The notes below the pieces were generated by a model. It was not told the DNA's origin and did no database searches. It saw only the letters and a list, made by a program, of their open reading frames with translations. A DNA stretch of 33,393 nt from an uncultured virus (IMG/VR IMGVR_UViG_3300014910_000001) (lineage: Duplodnaviria > Heunggongvirae > Uroviricota > Caudoviricetes). Positions 1 through 10,700 of the stretch are shown here, piece by piece (the stretch's first letter is position 1; every line of letters begins with the position of its first letter). Position numbers and translations under genes: made by a program. The stretch lies in IMG/VR virus record IMGVR_UViG_3300014910_000001. One strand, given 5' to 3'.

Positions 1-1
1 T

Positions 2-541
2 CACACCTATGACTTTGATCTGAGCGAGTTGGCTGAGACCGTTGAGCTGCTGACCATTGCGCCCTATGAGCGTGTGAACGTCCCGGTCAATGGCGTGCCG
101 ACTGAGTGGACGCTCAAGCCACTGACCGGTCGCGGGCAGGAAATGCTGGAGCGTATGCGCGCCGGTCTGCCGGATGCCGACGCGCCGGATTATGAAGCCG
201 CCATAATGCGCATGCGCATCGCGGAGTTCGCGCTTTGTACGTCATTAGATGACGATCCGGAAGACTATGAAGAGGCCGCAAATCGCCGCTTCGACATACT
301 GGAAAGCATGATTCCCGATCTCGAGTTCGCTCCGCTGGTGGCTCACATTCAACTGATGCAGCGCAACCTCCGGCACGGCCTGCTGATGCAAATCACACAG
401 GGTGAAGTTCGTCTCTTGCTCCCGCCATGCGCCTGCGAAAAGGAGGGCATGCAGATGAACACGACTCAACTGTTTATCCCATTTCGCTCTGGATTTTTTG
501 TTCCACGATTTTCCCCTCAGTGGATGGCTAACCATCATTGA
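2..541 (+). CDS. pmgB: Tail assembly chaperone, P1 PmgB-like (5'-truncated at the window edge)
   Basis: The frame is open from position 2 (HTYDFDLSELAETV...), so the TTG at 29 is probably not the true start. It lies directly upstream of the tape measure gene, where P1 has pmgB. Acidic helical protein. Confidence 0.6.
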   Translation, partial: HTYDFDLSELAETVELLTIAPYERVNVPVNGVPTEWTLKPLTGRGQEMLERMRAGLPDADAPDYEAAIMRMRIAEFALCTSLDDDPEDYEEAANRRFDILESMIPDLEFAPLVAHIQLMQRNLRHGLLMQITQGEVRLLLPPCACEKEGMQMNTTQLFIPFRSGFFVPRFSPQWMANHH

Positions 542-665
542 TAACCTGACGCTGACAGCCCGCCAACCCGTAGGTGACGTTGACGCACTACCTTTATGGC
601 GCGCTATTCAGATGAACAACACGCTCACAGAACAGTTGAGAAGAAGCAGAAGCGGATCTGAATGA
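495..665 (+). CDS. Putative frameshifted extension ('T' part) of the tail assembly chaperone
   Basis: The +1 frame is open from 459 to 665 (FLFHDFPLSGWLTIIDNLTLTARQPVGDVDALPLWRAIQMNNTLTEQLRRSRSGSE*). It has no ATG near its 5' end, begins around a T6 run (494-499) and its TGA overlaps the sit ATG (ATGA, 662-665). Confidence 0.55.
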   Translation, partial: FLFHDFPLSGWLTIIDNLTLTARQPVGDVDALPLWRAIQMNNTLTEQLRRSRSGSE

Positions 666-3600
666 AGAATTTCCAGGAATTAAACCAGATTATTGACGCA
701 ATTGAGCATGCCAGCCGTGAACAACTAAAGGAAATTGCTCTTATTCGTCAGGGAATTTCAAAACTACACCCTTCTCAACCTTTGAATAACCGCCAAGATA
801 CTACAGGGATGCGTGTTACAAGATCCCTTTATAGGAGCGGATACGAAGGAAGAAAAGAACAAAACAATCATAAAATTGACGTTTCAAAAGACAAAAATAA
901 AACAGAAAATGAAATAATTTCACCTACACAAAATAAAGTCCCTTCAAGAGTTAAAAAAACACGCGTAAAAGATGGAAAATCACCTTTAGAAGGTAATAAA
1001 AATAAAGATTCTGTATCTTTAGATGACTGGAGGCAGTCTAAAGGCATATTAAATGAAGAAAAATTACCTTTTAAAGGTAATAAAAAGGTTAAATTGAGTG
1101 TTTTCGGTGGCGTTTCAAGCGTCAGAAATGTACGTTCTGTTCGTCAGTCGAAAGCTGATACAGAAGTGGACTCTGATAGCCCAACGGCAGAGGGAAAAAC
1201 ACCTGGTCGTGATGCTGGAGGCCGCTTTAAAGCACGTACAGATTCTGCCGCTGCGTCAGCTGCAACTCAGGAAAAAAATGCGCGTCGCGCTGAGCAAAAA
1301 CAGCAGCAGGGATTTTTCCGATCACTGGGGAGCATGCTGGAATCTGCCACTGAAACGAACAGCGATAGTATGTCTTCAGGCGCAGACATTGCTGGCACGG
1401 CTGCTGGTGGTCCACTCTGGATGATGGGTAAAGGCATGTATGACATTTCTGCCGAAGTCGGTAAGAACGTCGTTACGCTAAAAAACTTCATGCAGGGTAA
1501 AACGGAAGGCAACGCTGCGGTGAAAATGGAGCCTCCATTAATTCATCCACCTGTAACTACCGAAGCCAGAACGCCACCAGCAATCGGTAAGACAAAATCC
1601 GCAGACGGTTTTAAGAACGCTCAACAGGCTAAGGCTATCCAGGTCACGCAGGAACAAACCAAAGTTATCGCCGCCAATGACGATCGCATTGTGGATGCCT
1701 TGGACGACGTGCGCGAGGAAGTTAAAAAGCTGTCTCACACGTCCAGCAAAGGCGCTGGCGGGCTGATGGACTCGCTGATTCCGGGTAAGCGTAAACGCCG
1801 CGGCCGTAAACGCGGACCTCTGTCAGCTGCTGCTGATGTGGCTGATATAGCCGGAGATCTGCTGCCGAACGGTAAAGGCAAGCCGGATGCCTCTAACCCC
1901 AAGCCAAAACCGAAAAAGAAAGGCCTATTGGCAAAGGCAATGGAAGTGCTGAAAGGCGGCAAAAAGGCGGCAACGGTCGCCGGTGCAGCGGCCACAACTG
2001 CTGCTGCCGGTGCAACTATTGCCGCTGGCGGTGTGACTGGAAAAGAACTGTCTAAAGCTGGCGAGAAAGCTACTCAGACTGCAGCTGAGAAAACAACGGA
2101 AAAGGGCGGGCTGAAGGTTGCAGGTAAAGTCGCTGGTAAAACTGCGCTTAAAGCGATCCCATTGGTCGGGACCGTTATCGGCGCGGGCATGGACGCATAC
2201 GAAGGGTATAACGACACAGACGGCCAGCAGAGAGCCTTTGGTCTTAAAGAAGGCGATACCGTCAGCAGCAAGCAGAAGAGCGAGTACACCGCCGCCAACG
2301 TGCTGAATATGGGCGGGCTGGTATCTGGTGCATCCGGCCTGCTGGCGTCCGGCGCTTCTGAGCTGGGTATGAACGGGGTTGCGAAATCACTCACGTTTGA
2401 TACCGGCGACATTGCGAAAGGTCTGGATACCGGGCTGGGTAAAGTGGGCGACATGTTCAGTGCCTTCTCAACCAGCGCTTCAGGCGCCTATGACAAGCTG
2501 ACCGGCACCAGCGCGGAGCAGACCAAAGCGATCACCGATGGCACCACGAAAACCGTCACAGCTATAAACCGCCTCGGTACACAGCTGCAGGGTGGCGAGT
2601 GGGGCGAGGACGGCGTAGGTACGCAGGGTAAAAGCACCGCAGATTATGCCGACGTGGCACAGAACAGCATTGGCGCAGATCTCAATGTTGGCGGTGCAAA
2701 TGCTAAGGTCCGTTCCTTCCGTAACAACAACTTTGGCAACCTGAACTATGTGGGACAGGAGGGCGCAAGCCTGGAGGCCAAAAACGGCAAAGGTGAGGCA
2801 AGGTTTGCCAAGTTCAACACGCCGGAGGAAGGGTTCAGGGCGCTGGCGAACCAGCTGACAAGCTATTCAGAAGGCACCTCTAAAGCCGCCGGTTACAAGA
2901 AGCTGAATACCGTGCAGGACATTATCAAGCTGTACGCGCCGGAGAGTGAAAACAACACGTCGCAGTACGTGGATTCGCTTTCGAAAAAGCTGGGCGTGCG
3001 TGGTGATCAGCAGCTGGACCTTAAAGATCCCAAAGTCATGACGCAGATGATGCGTGGCATTGCCACCATCGAGGGCGGCAACCCGCAGGTCACGAACGAT
3101 TTCATGATGAACGCCATTGGCCACAATGAAAATGGTAAATGGGTCGGCGGGAAATTTAGCGATGAATCCCTGAAATCTGTGAATGAAGCGCGTGCGAAGC
3201 AGGGGCAGGGACCTATTGCAGCAGACTCGCTTTATTCTGCTGGCGAGAAGGTGAAACTGACAGCGGGCGCGGTGGCACCCGCCGCCGCACTGGCACCAAT
3301 TTCCGCACCTGTGACAGCACCCGCAGTAGCAGTGCCAGCAGTGCCAGCAGTCGCCCCAACAGCGCCCACGGTCTCGCAGGTTGCTGCAGCAAAGGAAGCC
3401 GACAAGAACAAGCCAGCCAGCGGCGCAGTAGAGAAAATCAAACACGCCGGCGCTGGCGCATGGAGCCAGGTCAAAGCGCTTAATGAGTGGGCTGATGGAA
3501 AAGTGCAGGGCGCAACTGAATCACTGGGTGTGGCCGGTATGTCCCGTAAACGTCCCACCAGCGGCCTGTCCCTGCCTGCTGGCGAATCACTCCCGGCAGG

Positions 3601-4342
3601 CCTCCAGCTGGCCGCGCTGTCACCGGACCAGATAGCCAGCCGTTCACGTCCCGCCGTCACATCACACGTTTCAACCGACAGCGTGCGCGCCCGTCCGGGC
3701 TCTGCCACGTCTGATACGCCGATCACTGTGGCCAGTACCCGTTCACCAGCTGCAGCACCAGAAGCCAGCGGCCTATTTGATCGCATGCTCGGCGGTGCAA
3801 GAGACGGGGTAAACGCCGTCAGCGCCTCGATAATGCCCGCGATCAGCGACACCTTTAGTCAGACTCTTGGGGGCTTCAGCGGCAACGACATGGTAAGCAG
3901 CGTGCTGGACCAGGCAGGCATTTCTGATCCGGGCATTCTGCGCGCCATTTCTCCGCTTACAAGCAAAGCTGGTGGCTGGCTCGACAGCGGAACAGAGACG
4001 CTGGCCAGCGCTGGTAAATCCTATCTGAACGGCGGCAGTGCGGCGCAGACAAGGCCTGCACAGCAGCCGCTTCTGAATCACCCGGCACAGATCCAGAACG
4101 TGACCGATCTTCCGCGCAGCGGCATGCGCCCGATGATGAGTGGCGATACCAGCAATCACGATCAGGACATGCTCAAGGAGCTGAAAGGTATGCGCACCCA
4201 GCTGGAAGCACTGCTGGGCGTCACGAAGAAAAAAAGCGACACCGCGCCGGACAAAGTGGTTAACACGGCGCAACCGGCACCCCGCACATCATCAACCCTG
4301 AGCATCAGTGATCCGGCGCTCAACGACCTACTGCAGGACTAA
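662..4342 (+). CDS. sit: Tape measure / structural injection transglycosylase (Sit-like)
   Basis: 1226 aa Ala/Gly-rich protein with an internal lysozyme-like domain (RNNNFGNL...RFAKFNTPEEG...YAPESENNT...IATIEGG). P1 synteny pmgB-sit-pmgA-bplA. Confidence 0.8.
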   Translation: MKNFQELNQIIDAIEHASREQLKEIALIRQGISKLHPSQPLNNRQDTTGMRVTRSLYRSGYEGRKEQNNHKIDVSKDKNKTENEIISPTQNKVPSRVKKTRVKDGKSPLEGNKNKDSVSLDDWRQSKGILNEEKLPFKGNKKVKLSVFGGVSSVRNVRSVRQSKADTEVDSDSPTAEGKTPGRDAGGRFKARTDSAAASAATQEKNARRAEQKQQQGFFRSLGSMLESATETNSDSMSSGADIAGTAAGGPLWMMGKGMYDISAEVGKNVVTLKNFMQGKTEGNAAVKMEPPLIHPPVTTEARTPPAIGKTKSADGFKNAQQAKAIQVTQEQTKVIAANDDRIVDALDDVREEVKKLSHTSSKGAGGLMDSLIPGKRKRRGRKRGPLSAAADVADIAGDLLPNGKGKPDASNPKPKPKKKGLLAKAMEVLKGGKKAATVAGAAATTAAAGATIAAGGVTGKELSKAGEKATQTAAEKTTEKGGLKVAGKVAGKTALKAIPLVGTVIGAGMDAYEGYNDTDGQQRAFGLKEGDTVSSKQKSEYTAANVLNMGGLVSGASGLLASGASELGMNGVAKSLTFDTGDIAKGLDTGLGKVGDMFSAFSTSASGAYDKLTGTSAEQTKAITDGTTKTVTAINRLGTQLQGGEWGEDGVGTQGKSTADYADVAQNSIGADLNVGGANAKVRSFRNNNFGNLNYVGQEGASLEAKNGKGEARFAKFNTPEEGFRALANQLTSYSEGTSKAAGYKKLNTVQDIIKLYAPESENNTSQYVDSLSKKLGVRGDQQLDLKDPKVMTQMMRGIATIEGGNPQVTNDFMMNAIGHNENGKWVGGKFSDESLKSVNEARAKQGQGPIAADSLYSAGEKVKLTAGAVAPAAALAPISAPVTAPAVAVPAVPAVAPTAPTVSQVAAAKEADKNKPASGAVEKIKHAGAGAWSQVKALNEWADGKVQGATESLGVAGMSRKRPTSGLSLPAGESLPAGLQLAALSPDQIASRSRPAVTSHVSTDSVRARPGSATSDTPITVASTRSPAAAPEASGLFDRMLGGARDGVNAVSASIMPAISDTFSQTLGGFSGNDMVSSVLDQAGISDPGILRAISPLTSKAGGWLDSGTETLASAGKSYLNGGSAAQTRPAQQPLLNHPAQIQNVTDLPRSGMRPMMSGDTSNHDQDMLKELKGMRTQLEALLGVTKKKSDTAPDKVVNTAQPAPRTSSTLSISDPALNDLLQD

Positions 4343-4345
4343 CAC

Positions 4346-4705
4346 ATGCAAAACGAAATTGACTGCCTTATGCGCGTGGATCAGGGCGGCGTAGTGGTAA
4401 AGAGCGGGGAATCTGATGCCTGGCTTGCTCGGCTGGAAGAATGGCTAAGAACGCCGCAGGGAAGCGTTTATGGCCTGCCGGGATGGGGGAACACCATGCA
4501 GGACTTCAAGCATGAGCCGGTAGGCTCTGAAACCGGCCACTTAACCGAAGTTGCCATTGAGGCCGCGCTGATCCGCAAGCTGCGTATCGATCTGCCTGGG
4601 CTGGGTCTGCGTGCTATCCGCTGCGCGCCGCAAAATGTCGATACCTGGCAAATTACATTCATTACATCTTACGGCCCGCTGGCCGTGTCCATGAACAAAA
4701 GTTAA
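4346..4705 (+). CDS. pmgA: Baseplate wedge / gp25-like protein (PmgA-like)
   Basis: 119 aa with a gp25-like motif (WLRTPQGSVYGLPGWG). Lies between sit and the baseplate J-like gene. Confidence 0.7.
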   Translation: MQNEIDCLMRVDQGGVVVKSGESDAWLARLEEWLRTPQGSVYGLPGWGNTMQDFKHEPVGSETGHLTEVAIEAALIRKLRIDLPGLGLRAIRCAPQNVDTWQITFITSYGPLAVSMNKS

Positions 4706-4717
4706 TCGGGGTAAATT

Positions 4718-6151
4718 GTGAGTATTCAAGAGCTTCTGGAAAAATTTAACGGACAACTACAGGCGAACAGCTGGTGGAAAAAATTTACCAACAGCCAGTT
4801 CATTCAGATGATGGCCGTGTTTGGCGCGCAGATCATCTACGCCGCACAGACTACCGCTGAGCGCGGTCTGACGGAGGGTTTTATCTCAACGGCGACGAAG
4901 CGCTCAAGCATTCTGGCCGCAGCCGAAGACCGTAATTATCTCGGTCACTTAATCACGCCGTCATGGGGCAGTGTGAAGATCACCAACAAAACGAATGAAG
5001 TCATTCAGCTGCCAATCTACGCGGAGTTCCTGTCGAACGCACAGCTGCCCTATGTCACAACCGATGTGGTGATTATCCCTGCTGGCCATAGCGTCGTGGT
5101 GAACGACGTCCGCCAGATGGAGCACGTTAATGTGTCCTCCGTAATCGACGCTGAAGCGCCGTTTTATACGGTAATGCTGCCGCGTGATATTACGGAGGAA
5201 ACAGTTTCAATGGACGTTTACGTGACGGAAAACGAGAACAAAACGCTGTGGAAGAATAACCCATTGTTTCGTCTATCCCGTGGCTCAAGCCAGCATTACG
5301 TGTTGGTCTACAAGCCGTCTGAGCAGTTGGGCGTACGCTTTGGTGACGGCGCGATTGGCAAGATGCCGAAAACCGGAAGTAAAGTCGATCTGGATGTGTG
5401 GTGCAGCCGGGGCGATACCACGCTGACACAAGGCCAGAAGCTGACGCCAGCGGGCAATATTGCCGATATGAATAGCAAGATTGAAGTTGTGACCATGACG
5501 CCAATCACGGGTGGCAGTGGCTTTGAAAGTACGGAGGAAACGCGCAACCGGGCGCAGTACTACGTGGCGTATGACGAGCAGGTAGTATGGGGCGGTGATT
5601 ATAAATACTTCCTGAATCGAGCTGTACCGGGTATGTCGTGGATCAGTGCCTGGGGTGAGCAGGAGCAGGAGATTTCAACCGGCGTTAAGTTGCTGAGCAA
5701 CATCAATACCATCTTCTTTTGCGGGCATAAGCCTGGATACACACAAGCTGAACTTGAAACCATGATCATGACAGCTATCACGGCCATCCCCAATGAGATT
5801 AACAAAAAATTCCGATACGTTCCCACGCAGGAAGAACCATTCACGATCTCATTGAACGCATTGGCGAAAAAGAACGTCATTATTTCTGACGCACGTAAAG
5901 CGGTGCAGGAAGCGTTACAGACACGATTTGGACGCGACGCAACCACGTTTGGCGACAGCGATCAGAATGACGTTGAGGCCGGTAAACACTTCTCACAAGT
6001 GCAGGTTAAAGACCTGTGGCGTGTCATTGAAGAGCTAAACCTGTTTATCTCGTATGAGCTGACCACGCATGACATGAAAACGGCCCTTCAATTGAACGAT
6101 TTTATTTATCTCGATGTGGCTAACTCCACGTTTGATATTAACTACCTGTAA
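4718..6151 (+). CDS. bplA: Baseplate structural protein (BplA, baseplate J/gp6-like)
   Basis: 477 aa with EGFISTATKRSSI, VRFGDGAIGKMP and GGSGFESTEETR motifs typical of baseplate wedge proteins. P1 synteny. Confidence 0.8.
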   Translation: MSIQELLEKFNGQLQANSWWKKFTNSQFIQMMAVFGAQIIYAAQTTAERGLTEGFISTATKRSSILAAAEDRNYLGHLITPSWGSVKITNKTNEVIQLPIYAEFLSNAQLPYVTTDVVIIPAGHSVVVNDVRQMEHVNVSSVIDAEAPFYTVMLPRDITEETVSMDVYVTENENKTLWKNNPLFRLSRGSSQHYVLVYKPSEQLGVRFGDGAIGKMPKTGSKVDLDVWCSRGDTTLTQGQKLTPAGNIADMNSKIEVVTMTPITGGSGFESTEETRNRAQYYVAYDEQVVWGGDYKYFLNRAVPGMSWISAWGEQEQEISTGVKLLSNINTIFFCGHKPGYTQAELETMIMTAITAIPNEINKKFRYVPTQEEPFTISLNALAKKNVIISDARKAVQEALQTRFGRDATTFGDSDQNDVEAGKHFSQVQVKDLWRVIEELNLFISYELTTHDMKTALQLNDFIYLDVANSTFDINYL

Positions 6152-6160
6152 GGCACGGCC

Positions 6161-7252
6161 ATGATCAAAAACTGGGTAAAAGACCGGCTGACCAAAGAAA
6201 AACAGGGTTCTGAGCTTTGGTCAGGGTTTGCTAATACTCTCCAGAGCATTTTCGAAGATGCGGTAGAGCCGATACTGGATCGCATTACTAACCGCAAAAG
6301 TTACTACACAATGAACAAGGACGATCTGACGCTACGCATGAGCGAATATGGACGCTTTTTCATTGTGGCAGAGACTACAGATACCAGCAGACCCGTGCTG
6401 CTGGCGCAGCGTCTGGACGAAGTGCATTTTAAAGGTACTGATAAGCCGATCACGTCAACGTTCTGGCGCGAGTTCGATAATCTGCCAGTCACTTGGCAGG
6501 AGCTGTATGCACCGATAGATCAGGAGCTGGCACCTTATGGCACCTTCTTCACCACGAAAGAAGGCCTGCCGATTGCAGAGGCGAAGTATGGCGAGTTCTT
6601 TCTGACGTCGCGGGCGCAAATCTCGGTGGCTCTGAATGAGCTTTATGAGCGTTATGGTTATCTGGAGCAGGGTGAAGCAGTTCAGAAGCTGCTAACGCAA
6701 TTTGACCGAATCATTGCACCGTTACTGCCGCTTCACATCGTGTTTGACGGCGTAGCGCTATTTATCTCGTTTGAAATGTCAGCCGATGCTGAAAACGTCA
6801 CGCTTATTAGTGCCGGAATCGACTATCAGGCCAAAATGTCTTACTCCGATCTCCAGTCGGAGATCAAAAACCTGCACATGGCCACACAGCATGGATACGA
6901 TATTCCCGCAGTGCCGGTGCAGCAGGTAAAGCGATGCGAACGCTACGATATGTTTGCCGCAGACGCCTGGTGGAATGACTATCGCAGCAGGCCGGACGCC
7001 GCGCCAGCACCCATTTATATTGCCAGTGCTGACAGCGATGGCCGCGCACGGTTATTTACTGATGGTGGCGTACAGTACATTGGTATGCAGAAGGGCAATA
7101 GCCAGGGCATCACAGCCACCAGCACGGACGGCAGTAGCGTGACATTGGCTTTTCCCATCGATGGGACGCCGGAGTTTGTTCTGGCGCTACCCGATGACGG
7201 CAGCGGTACCAGCACGATCACCACGCTTTTTTATGAGCAATTTGTCGCGTAG
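6161..7252 (+). CDS. Baseplate/tail protein (P1 gp16-like)
   Basis: 363 aa between bplA and R. Has HFKGT and PLLPLHIVF motifs typical of gpI-like wedge subunits. Confidence 0.65.
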   Translation: MIKNWVKDRLTKEKQGSELWSGFANTLQSIFEDAVEPILDRITNRKSYYTMNKDDLTLRMSEYGRFFIVAETTDTSRPVLLAQRLDEVHFKGTDKPITSTFWREFDNLPVTWQELYAPIDQELAPYGTFFTTKEGLPIAEAKYGEFFLTSRAQISVALNELYERYGYLEQGEAVQKLLTQFDRIIAPLLPLHIVFDGVALFISFEMSADAENVTLISAGIDYQAKMSYSDLQSEIKNLHMATQHGYDIPAVPVQQVKRCERYDMFAADAWWNDYRSRPDAAPAPIYIASADSDGRARLFTDGGVQYIGMQKGNSQGITATSTDGSSVTLAFPIDGTPEFVLALPDDGSGTSTITTLFYEQFVA

Positions 7253-7263
7253 TTGACCATCGG

Positions 7264-7284
7264 ATTTTACGAACTCTTTACCCT
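7264..7284 (+). promoter_or_regulatory. Putative late promoter (divergent copy of AAATTAC-N8-TACNNT)
   Basis: ATTTTACGAACTCTTTACCCT; aligns with the copies at 12104, 23093 and 25984(-). Confidence 0.45.
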
Positions 7285-7287
7285 CTG

Positions 7288-7314
7288 GCCTCTTAACTCT
7301 GAGAGGCTTTTTTT
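7288..7314 (+). terminator. Intrinsic terminator-like hairpin covering the RBS of gene R
   Basis: GCCTCTT-AACTCT-GAGAGGC followed by T7, ending immediately before the ATG at 7315. Confidence 0.5.
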
Positions 7315-7758
7315 ATGGCTGATACTATCTCTGTCAGCAGCAAGCTATTTAAAGCGAAGCTGCTTGATTATTACTACATCCGTCGCGCTGAATCCTCCAT
7401 CGGGCAGGGTAGCCGCTTCCAGATGGTCAAAGCCTACTGGGGCAAATCAGCGCTCGTCACCAGTAACGCCGCTGGCGGCTGGAATATCGCGGACATTCCC
7501 TCCACGTTCAGCAATGCCAATCTTGAAGGCAAGTTCACTGAAACACCTTTGGTGCTCACCAGTACCGGCGCGGATATATCGATCACTATCCAGCTGGATG
7601 ATGCCTTATTGCCGGAAGGCAAAGCCTATGACCTCAACACGCTGACGCTGGTGGATGGCGACGGTAACGCGTTTGCCGTGCTGTGTCTGCAGCAGGACTC
7701 CGTATTCCGTGGTAAGGCCTACCGCCTTATCGTCACCATTGAACAGAAAACGGCGTAA
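7315..7758 (+). CDS. R: Tail fibre structure/assembly protein (P1 gpR-like)
   Basis: 147 aa directly upstream of the tail fibre gene. P1 synteny 16-R-S-U. Confidence 0.65.
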   Translation: MADTISVSSKLFKAKLLDYYYIRRAESSIGQGSRFQMVKAYWGKSALVTSNAAGGWNIADIPSTFSNANLEGKFTETPLVLTSTGADISITIQLDDALLPEGKAYDLNTLTLVDGDGNAFAVLCLQQDSVFRGKAYRLIVTIEQKTA

Positions 7759-7763
7759 TTCAC

Positions 7764-10700
7764 ATGAGCAGTAATGAAATTACCGATATTGGCGTTATGG
7801 CGGGTAAGGCGTATGGCACCGCGCCGCTGTCGGCGGATATGCAGTACCTGGAGACTTACACCAGTTCCGCATTAAACCGAAAGCTGAAAGGCATTGTGCG
7901 ATCGGGCTTCTACCTGGGCTTCTCGCCGGTCGCTGGTTCCGGGCTGAATGTTATTGTTACCTCAAAAGGGGCGGAAGGCGGGCAGGGCGCGGCCTCAATC
8001 GACGTGAACGCACACCAGATTACCGTGCAGCACCTGGCCGATCTGACACTGCCGGTCGTGGCGGGCAAAACTACCCGTATTGTGCTGGAAGCAAACTACA
8101 AGCTGGGTGTTAAGACTGACCAGGTAGATATCACCTCCACAGTTGAGGCCGCACGCGTCTTTGCGCAGGATATCTCTGTATCGCTGGAACCGAACCAGCT
8201 GGAGCTCTGCCGCGTGCTTGTGCCAACCGGCACCACGCAGGTTACGCAGGCGATGATCGTCACCAACTACCGTATTAACCGGCAGGTAGGGATCACGCTG
8301 GATTCCATCTACACTAGTGACGACGAGCTGATTGCGGCCAACCTGAAGGGGCTAAAAATCCTTAAAGAGCTGATCGATAACAACATGGTTATCGCTAACA
8401 ACGGCTCGGATATTCACGACAAAGCGATGTTCCGTAAAAACATCGAGCTGGATCAGCTGGTTAATGAGAAGCAGCTTGTAGCCAGTAAAAATCTGGCGGA
8501 TGTGCCGGATGTGGCGGAGGCCCGTGACCACCTCGGCCTCGGTACTGTCGCAACAGCAGACCAGCAGACTAACCCTATGGATATGACGCCGGGGGCGCTA
8601 ATGGCCGTGGGCGCGTTTGGTGTTGGCGCGCCGTCGTTGGTCCTGGACAGCAAAACCACCTCACTGGCTGACGTATCTGTGACTGAGCAGAATGCCTTCT
8701 GGACACTGAGCGGCACCTTCAATGACGGTCCGGTTGATCTTGGCAAAACCACGCAGACACTGCGTGGCCAGCTATTCAACATGCGCCGGAAATATGATGC
8801 CGACGCTGCACTTCTTCAGCTGCTGGTGGCGCAGGGTGGCGTGATGTATCTGCGTTTGGCAGGTAAAGTTTCAGGCGACTGGGCGTGGTCCGGGCTGTCA
8901 GCCGGTGCGGATAAAAATGGCTGGCGGAAGGTGATGGACAGCGCCAGCATGACGCTGGCGGACCTGGTTAATCTGGGCGCGGCAAAGGCAGGCGATAACG
9001 ACGATATTACCAGCACAAGTAAGCTGACCAATATCAACACGCCAAAGCTGACGGTCTCAAAAAATCTGGACGTCGGTTCTCAAATCAGCGCTGGATACCG
9101 TATTGGTGTGATCCGCTCAGAGCCGTCTGTACCGTCGATGACATTTTTGCGGACCGATCAGCTGGATGACAAACCTCCGGCATACGAAACAGACATCATG
9201 CAGATTGTTGGCCGTGTGGCAGCAGTGAGCGGTGATGCCTGGAGTGGCAGGATTCTCGGTGGCATAACCACCACGAACATGACGCACGGCGGCGGTAAAG
9301 TTACGATTGATGCGCGTACATCAACAGGTGTGATTGCGGCTCGCCTTGCCCTCAACAGTGGAGACGGCTTAGCAACGCTGCAGGGTGCTGGCGGGCTGGC
9401 TATTACAGGTGGCGGTGGCCTGACGTCTGACGGCGCGGGACTTTTTACCGCAGACTCGGTTGCGCTGCAGCTAAAGGCTAAAACCAAAGACAAAGCCTAT
9501 TATCTGCGCGGGCGAAAGGCGGATAACTCTCTGCACTGGTATATGGGCCAGTCTACGGACAATACCGATACCATTACATGGGGTAACTCGATTCCGAATA
9601 CGTGGTTCACGCTGTCTGGTGATGGCACGGGTGAGACAAACGTTTCGACAATGAAGCTCCGCAATAACGCCATTGTCGGCGGCAACCTTGCGGTTAGCGG
9701 CGGTGCGGACGTTACCGGTCCATTAAACGTGCTGGCAAAGGGTGCAACTGCAGTCGGTGATCTGACTGCTGCCGCGCTAGTGGTCACGGGCAGCAGCAAT
9801 GATGGCACTCAGGGTATTACGGTTAACAGCTTTGCGCCTACTGTCACCTTCATAGACCGTGATGCTGATTCGGCGGGCTTCCGCTGGAGAGGTAACGGCA
9901 GCAGTCTGCGTCTTGACGTGGATGGCCGGGATAATGGTGTAACGTGGAAACAGGACGTGGCCCAGTTCAGTGATAAAGGGCTGCTCTCATTAGGAAACGG
10001 CAATAACAACCCAGCCCGTATGCTAACACTGGGAAATAACTCACCCGGTAAAGGCAATTTGTCCGGGGCGTCGCAAATTGCTGCGATGGCTTACGCAAAT
10101 ATTGGTGCAGATGCCACGACACGCGGGATTGGTTTCGGCGTTGAAATGTCAGTAGGTGATGGCATCACCGTTCAAACTACGCCTGACTGGGTAGAATTTT
10201 GGGGTAACAGTAGTGTTGTGAACGCCAACGCGTCGGTAACACTCATGACGTCGTTCCGCTCTTACGATAAAGCCAGTACCAGTATTGCTACGGCCTATGC
10301 CTTTGAAGGGCGTCAGACGGCGCGAGACGGGGTGAGCCGCTGGAACCTATTTATGCAGGGCTCAGCGCCAAACTACCTGCGTGGCCAGACGTTAATTGGT
10401 GGAACGGATACAAACATTCCTGCCAGTTCAGTGGCTTTATCAGTCAATGGGGGAGCTGATGTTAAAGGCCCGCTGACTGTATATGGTGATGCCTACTTAA
10501 AATCGTCGTTAAGTATTATGGCATCAAGACCATATATCGACTTCAACTCATCGACTACTGCTTCAAACGATTACGACGCTCGCATAATCGTTGATGCGAC
10601 TACCGCTAAAACTAATGGTCAGGCAGCCTTAAATATCGACGCTGCCAACATTAATTTGCTGGGAGTGGCAAATTTAAAAAGTTCTCTGTATGTCGATAAA

